From Eledone cirrhosa (lineage: Eukaryota): a stretch of DNA of 64,000 nucleotides. Location of the stretch: assembly GCA_964016885.1 (NCBI GenBank), contig OZ024740.1, positions 122,698,001 to 122,762,000 on the forward strand. Direction: 5' to 3'. Below the pieces are notes generated by a model that had not been told where the DNA came from, did no database searches, and saw nothing but the letters and a program-made list of their open reading frames with translations. Below are positions 12,196 through 24,589 of the stretch, piece by piece (position 1 is the stretch's first letter; each line of letters starts with the position of its first letter). The position numbers and the translations under genes are program-made.

Positions 12196-14737
12196 AGTCG
12201 TACAATATAGAGGAACAGTGGGAGTTCCTGAAAGCTAACCTGCTGAAGGCGACAGATGAAATATGTGGCTGGAGCAGACCTATAGGCAGGAGGAGAGTAA
12301 CTTGGTGGTGGAACAGAAAGTGGGTAGAGACAATCAAGGCCAAAAAGCAGGCTTGGAAAGTATGGCGGGATGGGGGAAGTAGAGAAGACGATCAAGTGGC
12401 CAGGAGGGAAGCTAGGAGACAAGTGTACTTCGCAAGAAGGGAAGCAGAGGAAAGAAAATTCAAGCATGTTCTACAACGCGAGGACCAAAAACGTGAGTTG
12501 TTCAGGATTGCTAGACAATGTGTCAAGGAGAACCGAGATATTGTCGGGGAGAAGTGTGTCCGTAATGATGATGGTTACTTGCCATCACTTACGCTGATAA
12601 GAAGGTAGCTTGGAAATGTCACTACGAAAGGCTACTAAATGAGGAGAATAAATGGGAGAAAGACAGCCTCCCCCACATCGATCCAATAGAGGGACCAGCA
12701 GTGCAAGTTGAAGGTAGTATAATAAGTAAGGCAATCAAAGATATGAGGACGGGCAAGGCGGCTGGGCCTTCGGAAATAGTTGCTGAAATGCTGAAAGCAT
12801 CTGGAACGGTGGGACACAATATGGTCACCCGGATAGAAAACCAAGTTATACAGAATGGGGTCGTACCAAAGGACTGGCCTAGCAGCATCACCATTAACTG
12901 CTACAAGGGTAAAGGAGACGCCCTAGATAGCGGAAACTATAGAGGCATTAAATTAATTGACCAGGTCATGAAGGTCACAGAAAAAGTAATAGCGCAACTA
13001 ATCAGAGAGCGAATTGATCTAGATGAAATGCAGCTCGGGTTTGTGTCAGGTAAATGTACCACAGACGCGCTTTTCGTTGTACGATAACTACAGGAGAATT
13101 ACCTAGCTAAAAGTAAACCCCTCTACTTAGCTTTTGTAGACCTGGAAAAAACTTTGACAGAGTTCCCCGCTCCATTATCTGGTGGGCTCTTAGAAAACTA
13201 GGTGTAGATAACTGGCTTGTGAGAGCTATACAAGCCATGTATAAAGAAACAGTCGGCAGGGTTAGAATTAACAACGAATATAGTGAAGAAGTTAGCGTAA
13301 AAGTTGGTGTTCATCAGGGCTCCGTCCTTAGCCCCCTCCTATTTATTGTCGCCCTCCAAGCTATAACGGAGGAGTTCAAGACCGGCTGCCCATAGGAACT
13401 TCTATACCCAGATGATCTAACGCTCATAGCCGAATCAATGGCTGAACTAGAGAAGAAATTCCAAACATGGAAGCATGGCCTAGAATCAAAAGGCCTTAAA
13501 GTTAACTTGTCTAAGATTAAAGTGCTAACTTGTAGGAAGGTGGATAAGGCACCGGTCCCATTTTAGAAATGGCCATGCTCAGTGGGTAGGAAAGGAGTAG
13601 GCAGAAACTTCATTTTATGTCCCAAATGCAAGGTATGGGTGCATAAAAGATGTAGTGGGGTCACAGGTAAGCTAACTAAGAATATAGATTGTATATGTGG
13701 TCGGTGCTCTGGTGCAATAAGTGGCATCAAATACCCACAGAATACTAGCTTATCCCATTGCTCAGATGGTTCTATAAAAATAGTGGACAACTTCCGTTAC
13801 CTGAGTGATAATATCAACAGTGGAGGAGGGTGCTCCGAAAGTACTGTAGCTACAGTCCGAACGGGATGGAAAGAGTTCAGAGAACTTATACCACTATTGG
13901 CCGCTAAAGGTTTCTCTCTAAAAATAAAAGGCAGACTGTATGATGCCTGCATACGAACAGCAATGTTACATGGCAGTGAGACATGGGCCTTGTGTGCAGA
14001 GGATCTATGCAGACTGGAGAGGAACTAAGCTTGCATGCTCCGTTGGATGTGTAATAGTAATATACGTGAACGGCAAAGCATGAATGAACTAAGTGAGAAA
14101 TTAGGAATAAGAAAGATCAGATGCTGTTTACTCGATAGAATACTACGTTGGTATGGTCACGTGATGCGCATGAAAGATGACAGATGTATAAAAAAGTGCA
14201 GGGCGATCAAAATAGACGGTAGCTACGGAGTAGGCAGACACAGAAAAACCTGGGACGACTTGATAAAACTCGACCTCACACACTTACACCTCTCCAAGAC
14301 AATGTCACTGGACCGACATCTTTGGCGCTACACATTAATACAGAAGACCCGCCTTGCCTAAGTACAAAGTGAAACCTACAGTCAGTAGGCACCTCTTAAC
14401 TAAAATACACCCTGGTCCCACTAACCCTACCCCCACCGCCATCTGCTTCACCCCTTTCGAAGTAAAGCTATGTTGCTACCACAACATCCAGTCCTAAATA
14501 AATGAGGTCGTTTAGGTGTCACGACAACGCTGTAATGTGGACGTGTAGGCAACACGGTAAAAACTTCCCAGTCTTCACTGTAAACGTGGTTGGTGTTAGT
14601 AAGGGCATCCAGCCGTAGAAAACCCGCCAGACAGTCCTGAGCAAAACAACCAATCTTACCTCAAGTGGGAAATTCCCGACCAGACCCATGTCAGCGTGGA
14701 AAATAGACGTTAAACGATGACGATGATGATGATGATA
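12196..14737 (+). mobile_element. 5'-truncated RTE LINE, same family as 5296-8936
   Basis: Colinear with ~6373-8936 but with several stops and frameshifts (ORFs 12396..12608, 12701..13087, 13582..14028, 14035..14361). Has a (GAT)n tail. Confidence 0.95.
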
Positions 14738-14739
14738 AT

Positions 14740-15199
<460 letters not shown>

Positions 15200-15205
<6 letters not shown>

Positions 15206-15696
15206 TATGAATGTATATATAGTGTATTTTGCCATACACTGTATGCTTAAGTAAAAGCATTTCGAAGACCTTACGCTATTGTTTTAGAGTAGTGACAGTC
15301 TCACTTACTTTAAATGTTCAGCAAACATGGGGAGATAAAGTTGACAGAGCTCTGTTTCGTACTTTTTGTTACTTATCAATGCTAATTACTCCAACTGTCT
15401 GCTGAAAATCATGAATGTTTGATTCTTATAGAATGTTAGTAATAATCAGGAACTGATTATACAGAGCGATTGCTGGTCAATCAGAAATTAAAAATTAGAA
15501 TTGGTGCTCTGAAATAGCGATATATATATGAATGTATATATAGTGTTTGCTGAATATTTAAAGTAAGTGAGACTGTCACTACTCTAAAACAATAGCGTAA
15601 GGTCTTCGAAATGCTTTTAATTAAGCATACAGCGTATTGCAAAATACACTATATATACATTCATATATATATCGCTATTTCAGAGCACCAATTCTA

Positions 15697-15700
<4 letters not shown>
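15200..15700. mobile_element. Retrozyme-like repeat family C (~321-bp unit) with a fold-back inverted end
   Basis: The tgaatgtatatatagtgt motif recurs 321 bp apart (15208 and 15529). 15545-15700 is the reverse complement of 15200-15326 plus the unit end. A second locus is at 34341-34745. Confidence 0.75.
15339..15384 (-). ncRNA. Hammerhead motif with U3-A8 core, stem I decayed
   Basis: Minus strand: TTGATAA-gtaacaaaaagtac-GAAA-cagagctct-GTC. Palindromic stem III ACAGAGCTCTGT and a GUC site. Confidence 0.6.
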
Positions 15701-15739
<39 letters not shown>

Positions 15740-15839
15740 TATATACACATGTGCATACACATATATACATACATACACATATATACACCTATATATATAT
15801 ACATATATACACACACATACACACATATACACACACACA

Positions 15840-15897
<58 letters not shown>

Positions 15898-15997
15898 TAT
15901 TGAAATTTCAGTTGGAAACAGAAAAGGTCATAGAAATGAAGAGTGCTCTATGTAAGTATCAGAGCAAAATTTAATGTATAAAAATCAATACAATATA

Positions 15998-16075
15998 ATT
16001 ACCTCATTACCAGAGGTTTCCCGAATGAGGCGAATACGAAATAAACGACTTCATTCGTTCGTCAAACGAGGCAAT
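15998..16075 (-). ncRNA. Hammerhead motif, left arm of the palindrome (C3U, core TTGACGA)
   Basis: Reverse complement of the 16297 motif with a C-to-T change at core position 3. Confidence 0.65.
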
Positions 16076-16296
16076 ATAAAACATGGGCAAATACTTAGAA
16101 AAACACATCAAGAAAATCAAAAAAAAAAAAAAAAAAAAAAAAAGATATAGATAAATGAAATAGAAATTGAAATATATATTTCTTGATAGATTTTTATATA
16201 TTTCAATTTTTATTTCATTTATCTATATCTTTTTTTTTTTTTTTTTTGTTTTTGATTTTCTTGATGTGTTTTTCTAAGTATTTGCCGATGTTTTAT

Positions 16297-16374
16297 ATTG
16301 CCTCGTCTGACGAACGAATGAAGTCGTTTATTTCGTATTCGCCTCATTCGGGAAACCTCTGGTAATGAGGTAAT
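16297..16374 (+). ncRNA. Type I hammerhead ribozyme
   Basis: attgcctcgt-CTGACGA-a-cgaatga...tcattcg-g-GAAA-cctctg-GTA-atgaggtaat. 10-bp stem I, 7-bp stem II with an A/G mismatch at its base, stem III ACC/GGT, GUA site. Confidence 0.8.
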
Positions 16375-16396
16375 TATATTGTATTGATTTTTATAC

Positions 16397-16453
<57 letters not shown>

Positions 16454-16807
16454 ATATGTGTGTGTGTGTATAGTGGTAGCTATGTTGCATCCGTAGGCGG
16501 TATTACAAATTAGCCCTCAATATTCATCACAGTAGAGTGTATATATTATCAAGAAAACGAAAAATCAGTGATGCATCTGGACTTAGTTTATTTCGTGTTA
16601 CAAACGATAAACGGAAAAAATGAAACGAAATTTCATTTCCCAGTGTTTACAAACACACCGAGCATTATAATAAATGTTCGGTGAATCCATACATACATAT
16701 ATATATATGTGTGCATGTATGTATATATATATATACATACTACTGTACGTCTGTATTGGGCTACTCAGCCGTTAATATACACGTTCAACAATCTGACAGG
16801 AAGGTAT

Positions 16808-16850
16808 ACGTTGCTGACGATAGCTAATAAGCTTGAAATTAGTACAGCGT
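16808..16850 (+). ncRNA. Minimal type I hammerhead (family A)
   Basis: acgttg-CTGACGA-t-agct(aata)agct-t-GAAA-tta-GTA-cagcgt. Confidence 0.8.
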
Positions 16851-17227
16851 TCCTTTGTCAGTGTTGAACAAACGAGCAACGATGGTTGCTGGACACTACA
16901 GCTTAATACGGGATGTTTGTTTACAAACACACCGAGCATTATAATAAATGTTCGGTGAATCCATACGTACATATATATATGTGTGCATGTATGTATATAT
17001 ATATACATACTACTGTACGTCTGTATACATATATGTATGTACGTGTACATACTTATATTTAAGTAACAGCCGTACTAAGAGTGGGAAATGAAATTTCGTT
17101 TCTTTTTTTCCGTTTATCGTTTTCGGTGCACCCGGCCGATTAACCCACTCGATATGCAAATTGGGCTACTCAGCCGTTAATATGCATAAGGTAAGTATAT
17201 AGGTTCAACAATCTGACAGGAAGGTAT

Positions 17228-17270
17228 ACGTTGCTGACGATAGCTAATAAGCTTGAAACTAGTACAGCGT
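17228..17270 (+). ncRNA. Minimal type I hammerhead (family A), intact
   Basis: acgttg-CTGACGA-t-agct(aata)agct-t-GAAA-cta-GTA-cagcgt. Palindromic stem III ACTAGT. Confidence 0.88.
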
Positions 17271-17475
17271 TCCTTTGTCAGTGTTGAACAAATGAGCAAC
17301 GATGGTTGCTGGACACTACGGCTTAATACGGGATGTTTGTTTACAAACACACCGAGCATTATAATAAATGTTCGGTGAATCCAGACGTACATATATATAT
17401 GTGCGCATGTATGTATATATATATATACATACTACTGTACGTCTGTATACATATATGTATGTACGTGTACATACT

Positions 17476-17507
<32 letters not shown>

Positions 17508-17737
17508 TTAGAAACACACAGATACATGCGGACACACACATATACATGAATGCATCCGCACCCAACCATGAGTTAAGGGTGCCAACTTCACCGATGTTGC
17601 TCAATGAATGACTGGGACAGACCAATCCGGTTGAACCAGACTGAACCAGTATCAGAGTTAAAATACATTATGAAGAGAGAAGAAACATTTAGATATAATT
17701 AGTAATAAAATGTATCATACCTAAACTGCTCCTAGAT

Positions 17738-17827
17738 TCCTCGACTACGTAGTTTCGTGGCATAAACAAAAACAATACATCATAAAGATATAGAGTCCTT
17801 GCGAGGTCTGCCGACTTATCAAGAGGA
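17738..17827 (-). ncRNA. Type I hammerhead with U3-A8 core (family B)
   Basis: Minus strand: tcctc-TTGATAA-gtcggca...tgccac-GAAA-ctacgta-GTC-gagga. Palindromic stem III ACTACGTAGT and a GUC site. Confidence 0.82.
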
Positions 17828-18330
17828 TACCTCATTTTACTAGTCTCAAGAACGCGTCTCCACAACGTGAGAAACAATCCCAAAAGGCGGAGGGGGAGAT
17901 AGTCACGCGATATAACGGTCGAGAAACAGAGCTAAGCCTCTTATAACCCCGAAGAAAATACCACGGAGGCGGAGGGGGTATTTATATCGAAGCCGTAGAA
18001 GAGGTGGTGAAGGAGGGGAGAAGTATGAGTAATGAAAGCTTTCCAGCAGTCCCCACACTTCAAAGATTGCTCGACCAGAGGGAGTTATTAACAATATATT
18101 TAGAAACACACAGATGCATGCGGACACACACATATACATGAATGCATCCGCACCCAACCATGAGTTAAGGGTGCCAACTTCACCGATGTTGCTCAATGAA
18201 TGACTGGGACAGACCAATCCGGTTGAACCAGACTGAACCAGTATCAGAGTTAAAAATACATTATGAAGAGAGAAGAAACATTTAGATATAATTAGTAATA
18301 AAATGTATCATACCTAAACTGCTCCTAGAT

Positions 18331-18420
18331 TCCTCGACTACGTAGTTTCGTGGCATAAACAAAAACAATACATCATAAAGATATAGAGTCCTTGCGAGGT
18401 CTGCCGACTTATCAAGAGGA
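18331..18420 (-). ncRNA. Type I hammerhead with U3-A8 core (family B, second unit)
   Basis: Same sequence as 17738-17827, 593 bp away. Confidence 0.82.
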
Positions 18421-19131
18421 TACCTCATTTTACTAGTCTCAAGAACGCGTCTCCACAACGTGAGAAAGAATCCCAAAAGGCGGAGGGGGAGATTGTCACG
18501 CGATATAACGGTCGAGAAACAGAGCTAAGCCTCTTATAACCCCGAAGAAAATACCACGGAGGCGGAGGGGGTATTTATATCGAAGCCGTAGAAGAGGTGG
18601 TGAAGGAGGCGAGAAGTATGAGTAATGAAAGCTTTCCAGCAGTCCCCACACTTCAAAGATTGCTCGACCAGAGGGAGTTATTAACAATATATTTAGAAAC
18701 ACACAGATACATGCGGACACACACATATACATGAATGCATCCGCACCCAACCATGAGTTAAGGGTGCCAACTTCACCGATGTTGCTCAATGAATGACTGG
18801 GACAGACCAATCCGGTTGAACCAGACTGAACCAGTATCAGAGTTAAAAATACATTATGAAGAGAGACTGGTTCAGTCTGGTTCAACCGGATTGGTCTGTC
18901 CCAGTCATTCATTGAGCAACATCGGTGAAGTTGGCACCCTTAACCGGGTAAGTTATTGGGGAAACGGAGAAGGGAGGGAAGGTAAATAGAAGGGAAAAGG
19001 GAAGAAAAGAGGAAACAGCAAAAAATAAACCGAGCAATGTGCGAGCAACTTAAGGTAAGAAATCACCCCTCTACTTGCTTTCTTCTTATATATACATATT
19101 TATATATATAAAATATATATACATGTATATA

Positions 19132-19206
<75 letters not shown>

Positions 19207-19344
19207 TATATTTAATTAGGAATCGAACAGCACAATATATAACTACTACATTACCAAAGGTTTCAGGACCCTAGACAATATTAACCTATGCCTAGGCCAT
19301 TCTGTGTCTAATGAACAACCTAGTCGTATGTTAATATTGCCTTG

Positions 19345-21850
19345 CACTGACATAAAGAAAAACCAAAGCTAAGCAAAAAAGAATGGAATGATCTTAACAG
19401 TCTACAAAACGACAAAACCCTAACAATCAAAGAGACAGATAAAGGGAGTGCAGTAGTCCTTATGGAGACAGATTATTAGGTGACTCTAGTACTCTCAACT
19501 CAAGAAAACCAAACATATTATAAAAAGGCCCAATACTACACACAACAGAAAATAATGAGAAACATAAAATCCCTAACAAACCTTTACAAAGAAGGCCTTA
19601 CAGACAATTTCAAAAGCAGAACCAGCCTCTTCTACGGTATCCCAAAGACACACAAAAGCGAAGTAATAGGTAGGGCCTGCAAGCAAGCCACAGACGTTTA
19701 CATCAATATAGCCCCTCCTGATAACCTTAAATTAAGACCCATAATAGCATGCACCACATGTGAAAGCCACCGCCTATGCAACTTCCTAGATATTCTGCTT
19801 AAACCTTTCCTAAAACACATAAAAAGCTTCATAAAGCTCAACCACCTCCCAACAACACTCAATAATGAATATACCCTACTAGTAACCTTTGATGTCATCA
19901 ATTTATATTCCAATATCCCACACAACCTAGGTATAGAGGCAATACAATTCTGGCTTGAAACTTTCCCTAGTGAACTCCCACAGCGCATACCTAAAGAATT
20001 TGTGTTGGAGGGACTCAAATTCATCTTGGAAAACAATTTATTCGAATCCAATGCCAAATACTACAGTCAGAAATCTGGGACTGCCATGGGCACAGAAAGT
20101 TGCCCCTCATACGCCAATCTTGTCATGGGATATTTGGAAACCACCCTCTACCGCAAACTTCTAGACAGATACAGCAACCACTTCTACCAACACATAGAAA
20201 TGAACTGTAAAAGATATCTGGACGACTGCTTCACCTTCTGGCATGAAAGTATAGATAGACTGTTTGAGTTTAAAACCCTTCTGAATGGACTCAACACAAA
20301 CTTACAATTCACAATGGATTACAGCCATGAACAACTCGCTTTCCTCGACATCCTCATCAAGAAAACAAGCAACAAAATAGAAACAGACATATACTACAAA
20401 CCCACCGACTCCAAACAATACCTTTCATTCAACTCGTGCCACCCTAGACACACCAAAATGGCAATTCCTTATAACTTAGCCAGAAGGATCTGCACAATAG
20501 TTTCAGATAAATACACATACTACATACGACTAGAAGAATTAAAAATCACACTTATCAGCAGAAACTACCCACCATCCCTAATCAACATTGGATTCCAACG
20601 TGCCCTAAAACTCGACATCCAGGAACTCAGACACCCCAACCATAGGAATGAACCGCAACAAAAATCTCTACCATACATCTCCACACACAACCCCTCAACA
20701 ATGAGGCATTCGACACCATCCTCGAGAACATTCCTTTACTAAAAAGAGACCAAGAATGAACAAAATCATCCAAACACACATCATAAAAAGCAAAAGACAA
20801 TCTAAATCCATAAAGAACATCCTCACACAAGCCAAACTCCAACAAACCCACACAATGAAGCCTACAGTAACAAAATCCGGAAGGCCCAACTGTGGAATAT
20901 GCATAAATCTAATAGAAGGTTCAACATTCCATTTTAAACAAGGACAACATTTCACAGTTAAACACAACTTTACATGTGCATCTGAAAACCTAATCTGTTT
21001 TGATCTGCTCAGGTTGTCAAGAGCACTACATAGGACAGACAAAAAACAGCCTCCGTCAACGTATGACCGTCCATAAATCACAAATTAAAATGCAGGATTA
21101 CAGAAAGATTGCATTTAGTGAACATATCACCAATTGTGCACACAACCAACATCCAAACTTTAAAATTTTTTCCCCATTTACAAATTCATAGACAACGCTA
21201 CTTTCATCCATTGTACCAATAAGGAAACATATTTCATTAATAAATTCCAACCTCTACTTAATGCACAAAACTTCGGACCAAACTAAAACTGCAACAAACA
21301 ATCAAACATTTACAAGACACACCCTACCTAATCCTTTTTCTTAAATAAATTAAATATCACCCTACATGAATTGCCTCTCTCTGCATATTAACTCTCTAAA
21401 AAGGGAAATCATATCAAACCTCAGTCCACCATTTGCCTCCATCATGGAATCATGGATCAACTAAGCACCCTTGCTATATGAACGCATTTTGATCTGCTTA
21501 ACTTCAAGAACTATGCTTGTAAATAACATTAATTTTTCTTTCACATTGACTTTTTATGCTCTACATTACGTTCCTTTTTTTCTTTTTTCTTTTCACTTCA
21601 TAAACCTTATTTGTAAATAACATTATTTCTGTACCATTTCTTTAACATGTGCGACACCACCATTCTACACTAATACATATCACTATCATTTGATAATGCA
21701 TAAAAATGCTGAAACCGGTAATATACAATTATTAAATATATAAATAGAAAAATAAATGCCATTGTTAATTAATAAATAAATCAACTAATACCTTAACACT
21801 TCACACAAAGTAAAACATTCCGTTTTAATTATTTTCTAACCCAGAAAAAA
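19345..21850 (+). mobile_element. Penelope-like element (Neptune-like), 5'-truncated: RT, Cys linker and GIY-YIG
   Basis: IKETDKGSAVV, FYGIPKTHK, LRPIIA, TFDVINLYSNIP, GTAMG...PSYANL, RYLDDCF, FLDI, YYKPTDSKQYL...SCHP (ORF 19480..20742), CGIC...FTCASENL, and CSGCQEHYIGQTKNSLRQRMTVH (21000..21191). Frameshifted. Confidence 0.93.
21684..21726 (+). ncRNA. Minimal hammerhead motif with U3-A8 core in the PLE 3' UTR
   Basis: tatcat-TTGATAA-t-gca(taaaaa)tgc-t-GAAA-ccg-GTA-atatac. Palindromic stem III ACCGGT; stem I is weak. Confidence 0.6.
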
Positions 21851-21919
21851 GAGAGAGAAATAAAAAAGGAAAAAAATATATTTTTCTTCCTAATAATCAT
21901 CTCTTTCTCCCTGTTTTCA

Positions 21920-22010
<91 letters not shown>

Positions 22011-22248
22011 CATTGAAATATTGAATGTCTGCATAACTAATACTTTGTAGATAGCAGCTGTTTTCAGGTTATGTAACTGTTATTGAAACACGTGTCAATA
22101 AATTCCTTGTAACTAAACTGTATCCATTTAAATCCTTCTATTTTTCTCCGGATTACTTTTGGAACTACAACTGGAACCGTCGAGCAAACTCTACGCGAGC
22201 TGTCCATCTACTGTGTGTAATATTTATATTACAACACTACGGAAAATA

Positions 22249-22333
<85 letters not shown>

Positions 22334-23002
22334 TATACGTATGTGTATTCAAGCAAAACTGAATATAATCAGAATCAGATGTAGCCAGCAGACAAACAAA
22401 TTTGCAGGTACAGACATGTAATGCATGTGGATGGTGGAACACTGAGGTTGCTTTGTGGTGAATCAAACTCTGGAGAGGCATTTAAGATTGAAAACGTATG
22501 CTAAGATCCTCAGTTATGCTAAGGGGAGGATTTAAATTTGTGTCAGCACAATTCTTAATATGAAAAGTAAAATTTAAGCTTCTTCTTGGTGAAACGAATT
22601 CTGGTGTAACACTACACCATATGTATTTGCAATCATGTATGCACACACACACACACACACACACGCATGTATGTACACATACACATACTTATATAAGCTT
22701 ATGTATGTGTGATTACAATTACCTAATGGGAAGTGTAATTATCTCTTCTGTTTCTGATAAATTTGACTTATTAAATTTTCTTTGATAAAATAACACAAGA
22801 AATTCTAAAATCTGAACAGTCAGTGAGTCTAAATGACTTTTTAGTGCTAAGATGGAGACACTAGTTTAACATTAGATTAACATTAGATTAACATTACACC
22901 TAATTACATCATACTATATTATGTTAGCATTGATTTAATTATTTGTTCTTCAAGGAGAAGTCAACCCTGGGTAATTTACTCCAACCATTCTTTTGATGTG
23001 AA

Positions 23003-23120
23003 GGTGCCTGGCTTTGTGGCTAGAGAGTTGGATTCACAATTGTGAGGTTCCAAGTTTGATTCTCAGACCAGGTGATGCATTATGTCCTTCAGCTAGGCAT
23101 TTTATTTCACTTTCCTCTTT
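23003..23120 (+). mobile_element. Decayed tRNA-head/CORE-type SINE
   Basis: A-box-like tggctttgtgg, B-box-like gtttgattctc, followed by tgtccttcagctaggcattttatttcac. Confidence 0.55.
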
Positions 23121-24589
23121 CTGCCAGGAGTTGTGACCAATAGATATTTTCAGCAATGGAAAGCTTAATAGAAACAATGTTTTTATCAGTCTGATTTAAG
23201 TTCCACCCTACTTGTTAAGCAAGTGCAGTCTAGGATCTCGTAAATTGATTCAATAAATTGATTGAATACTTTAGAATCAGATGCTGCGATCAGTATTGAT
23301 AGAATATTAACAATTGATTGCGTATAATTTGTTCTGATTTTGGAACAACGCAAGCACATTTTGGAAGGAGGAAAAGACAGTTATATAAACTCAAATTATT
23401 GGTTACTACTTTAATTTACCTACCTGAATGGGATTTGAAATCAGAATGTAAAGAGCCTGAAAAAGTACAGCTAAGAAATACGCTTACTGACTCTTCCAAT
23501 CCACCACCTTAAATAAGTTTAATAAGGCATGATAAGTCAATTCAGGCTGGCATTCACAGAATAAGCATTTTGGAATAAATATGATTATGCTTAAATAACG
23601 ATTTTCAAAATTTCAAAATTTCAAGAAGCTACAGTGAAAAATATATAATTACATACAATAAAGCTTTTTTTTTTTGGTGGGAGAAGTCCCTTTAGTGTTT
23701 TGTTTTTGTATAAACCTCTTACATATATTTATAGAATTTGTTCTTGCAGCTTCATAAAAATTCTAAATAGGAAAACCAAAGAAATATGGGGAAATTAGAA
23801 CTGTTAGTAACTTCATAAAACACATATGCTTATAATAAAAGAGGCAATAAATTTAAAACAACAACAGTCTAGATGGTGGAACCATGAGGGTCTAGAAACC
23901 TTGACAACATTTTGGAATTTGGAAATTGTTCAAAACAAACTGCAGAGGTCATATTATGACTTATGAGAAGATTCTAACAAAGAAATTGAGACTGGAAAAG
24001 CTGATAATGATAAACTTTCAAAATATAAAAAGCAAGAAACTGAGAAAATTAGTTTATTGTTAATTAATAAAATAGGCTTGTTGAATTGAAATACATTCTG
24101 AAAGCCTGATATATATCTAGAAATATATTTATATAGAAAATATTGGCAACCACTTCCATACAGGATCACTCATTGGATACTGAGTAATTTTATTATTAAG
24201 GCATGTGATATATATTCACTTCTATATGTACTGCTTTGCAATTCTATAATTAACCTTTTACCAAGCTCAAAGCATTATTACATATAAATAAATAAAAAAT
24301 TCATCACTAAGGTTAGATTCCATGGTTGCTTAATGTCACCATTTTGAACAGATTAAATCCAAGACAACAGCAGTGGGGAAATGTCAAACACATTACAGAT
24401 ATTGACTTAACCCTGAAATATATACTGAAAACAAAGTAACATATTACTCCTAACCTCTGTGCCCCTAGTTTCCGAAAGGATGCATCAAATAATAGCTATT
24501 GCATAATTATTGTTATATATATACTGATTTGTTTCCAAGGTTGGCAGTGTTGCAGTTGCCTATCAGGCATCTAATTGGGAGTAACATTA

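Larger units (their letters stand above)
15972..16400. repeat. ~430-bp palindrome: head-to-head inverted duplication of a PLE-like 3' end
   Basis: 15972-16180 is the reverse complement of ~16193-16400, with polyA on the left arm and polyT on the right. The right end runs into (TA)n. Confidence 0.9.
16600..17478 (+). mobile_element. Retrozyme-like tandem repeat family A, 420-bp period
   Basis: About two units with an HHR in each (16808 and 17228). A short 5' inversion at 16602-16642 is the reverse complement of 17082-17123. The 3' end joins (TA)n. No credible ORF. Confidence 0.85.
17501..18944 (-). mobile_element. Retrozyme-like tandem repeat family B, 593-bp period, about 2.3 units, with a 79-bp terminal inversion
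   Basis: Units start aatatatttagaaacacacagat at 17501, ~18093 and ~18686 and are almost identical, with one HHR per complete unit. 18757-18835 and 18866-18944 are perfect inverted repeats. Confidence 0.88.

Noticed and set aside
15546-15635. Second HHR-like motif in family C (ctgaata...gtcttc-GAAA-tgctt-ttaatt-aagc-ATA; also 34625-34712)
   Set aside because: Stem III and the AUA site look right, but there is no valid CUGANGA or UUGANAA core and no stem I, so it is not called.
16600-18944. CRISPR-like or prokaryotic interpretation of the regular repeats
   Set aside because: The units are hundreds of bp long without unique spacers, and the context is clearly eukaryotic.
19240-19345. Minus-strand GAAA-cctttg-GTA preceded by a long hairpin
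   Set aside because: Only the 3' half of a hammerhead is present; the 5' core is missing at the junction with the next element.
22080-22105. GAAA-cacgt-GTC with a palindromic stem III; similarly GAAA-caatt-GTA at 36942 and its mirror at ~34905
   Set aside because: No upstream core was found; at best these are truncated HHR remnants.
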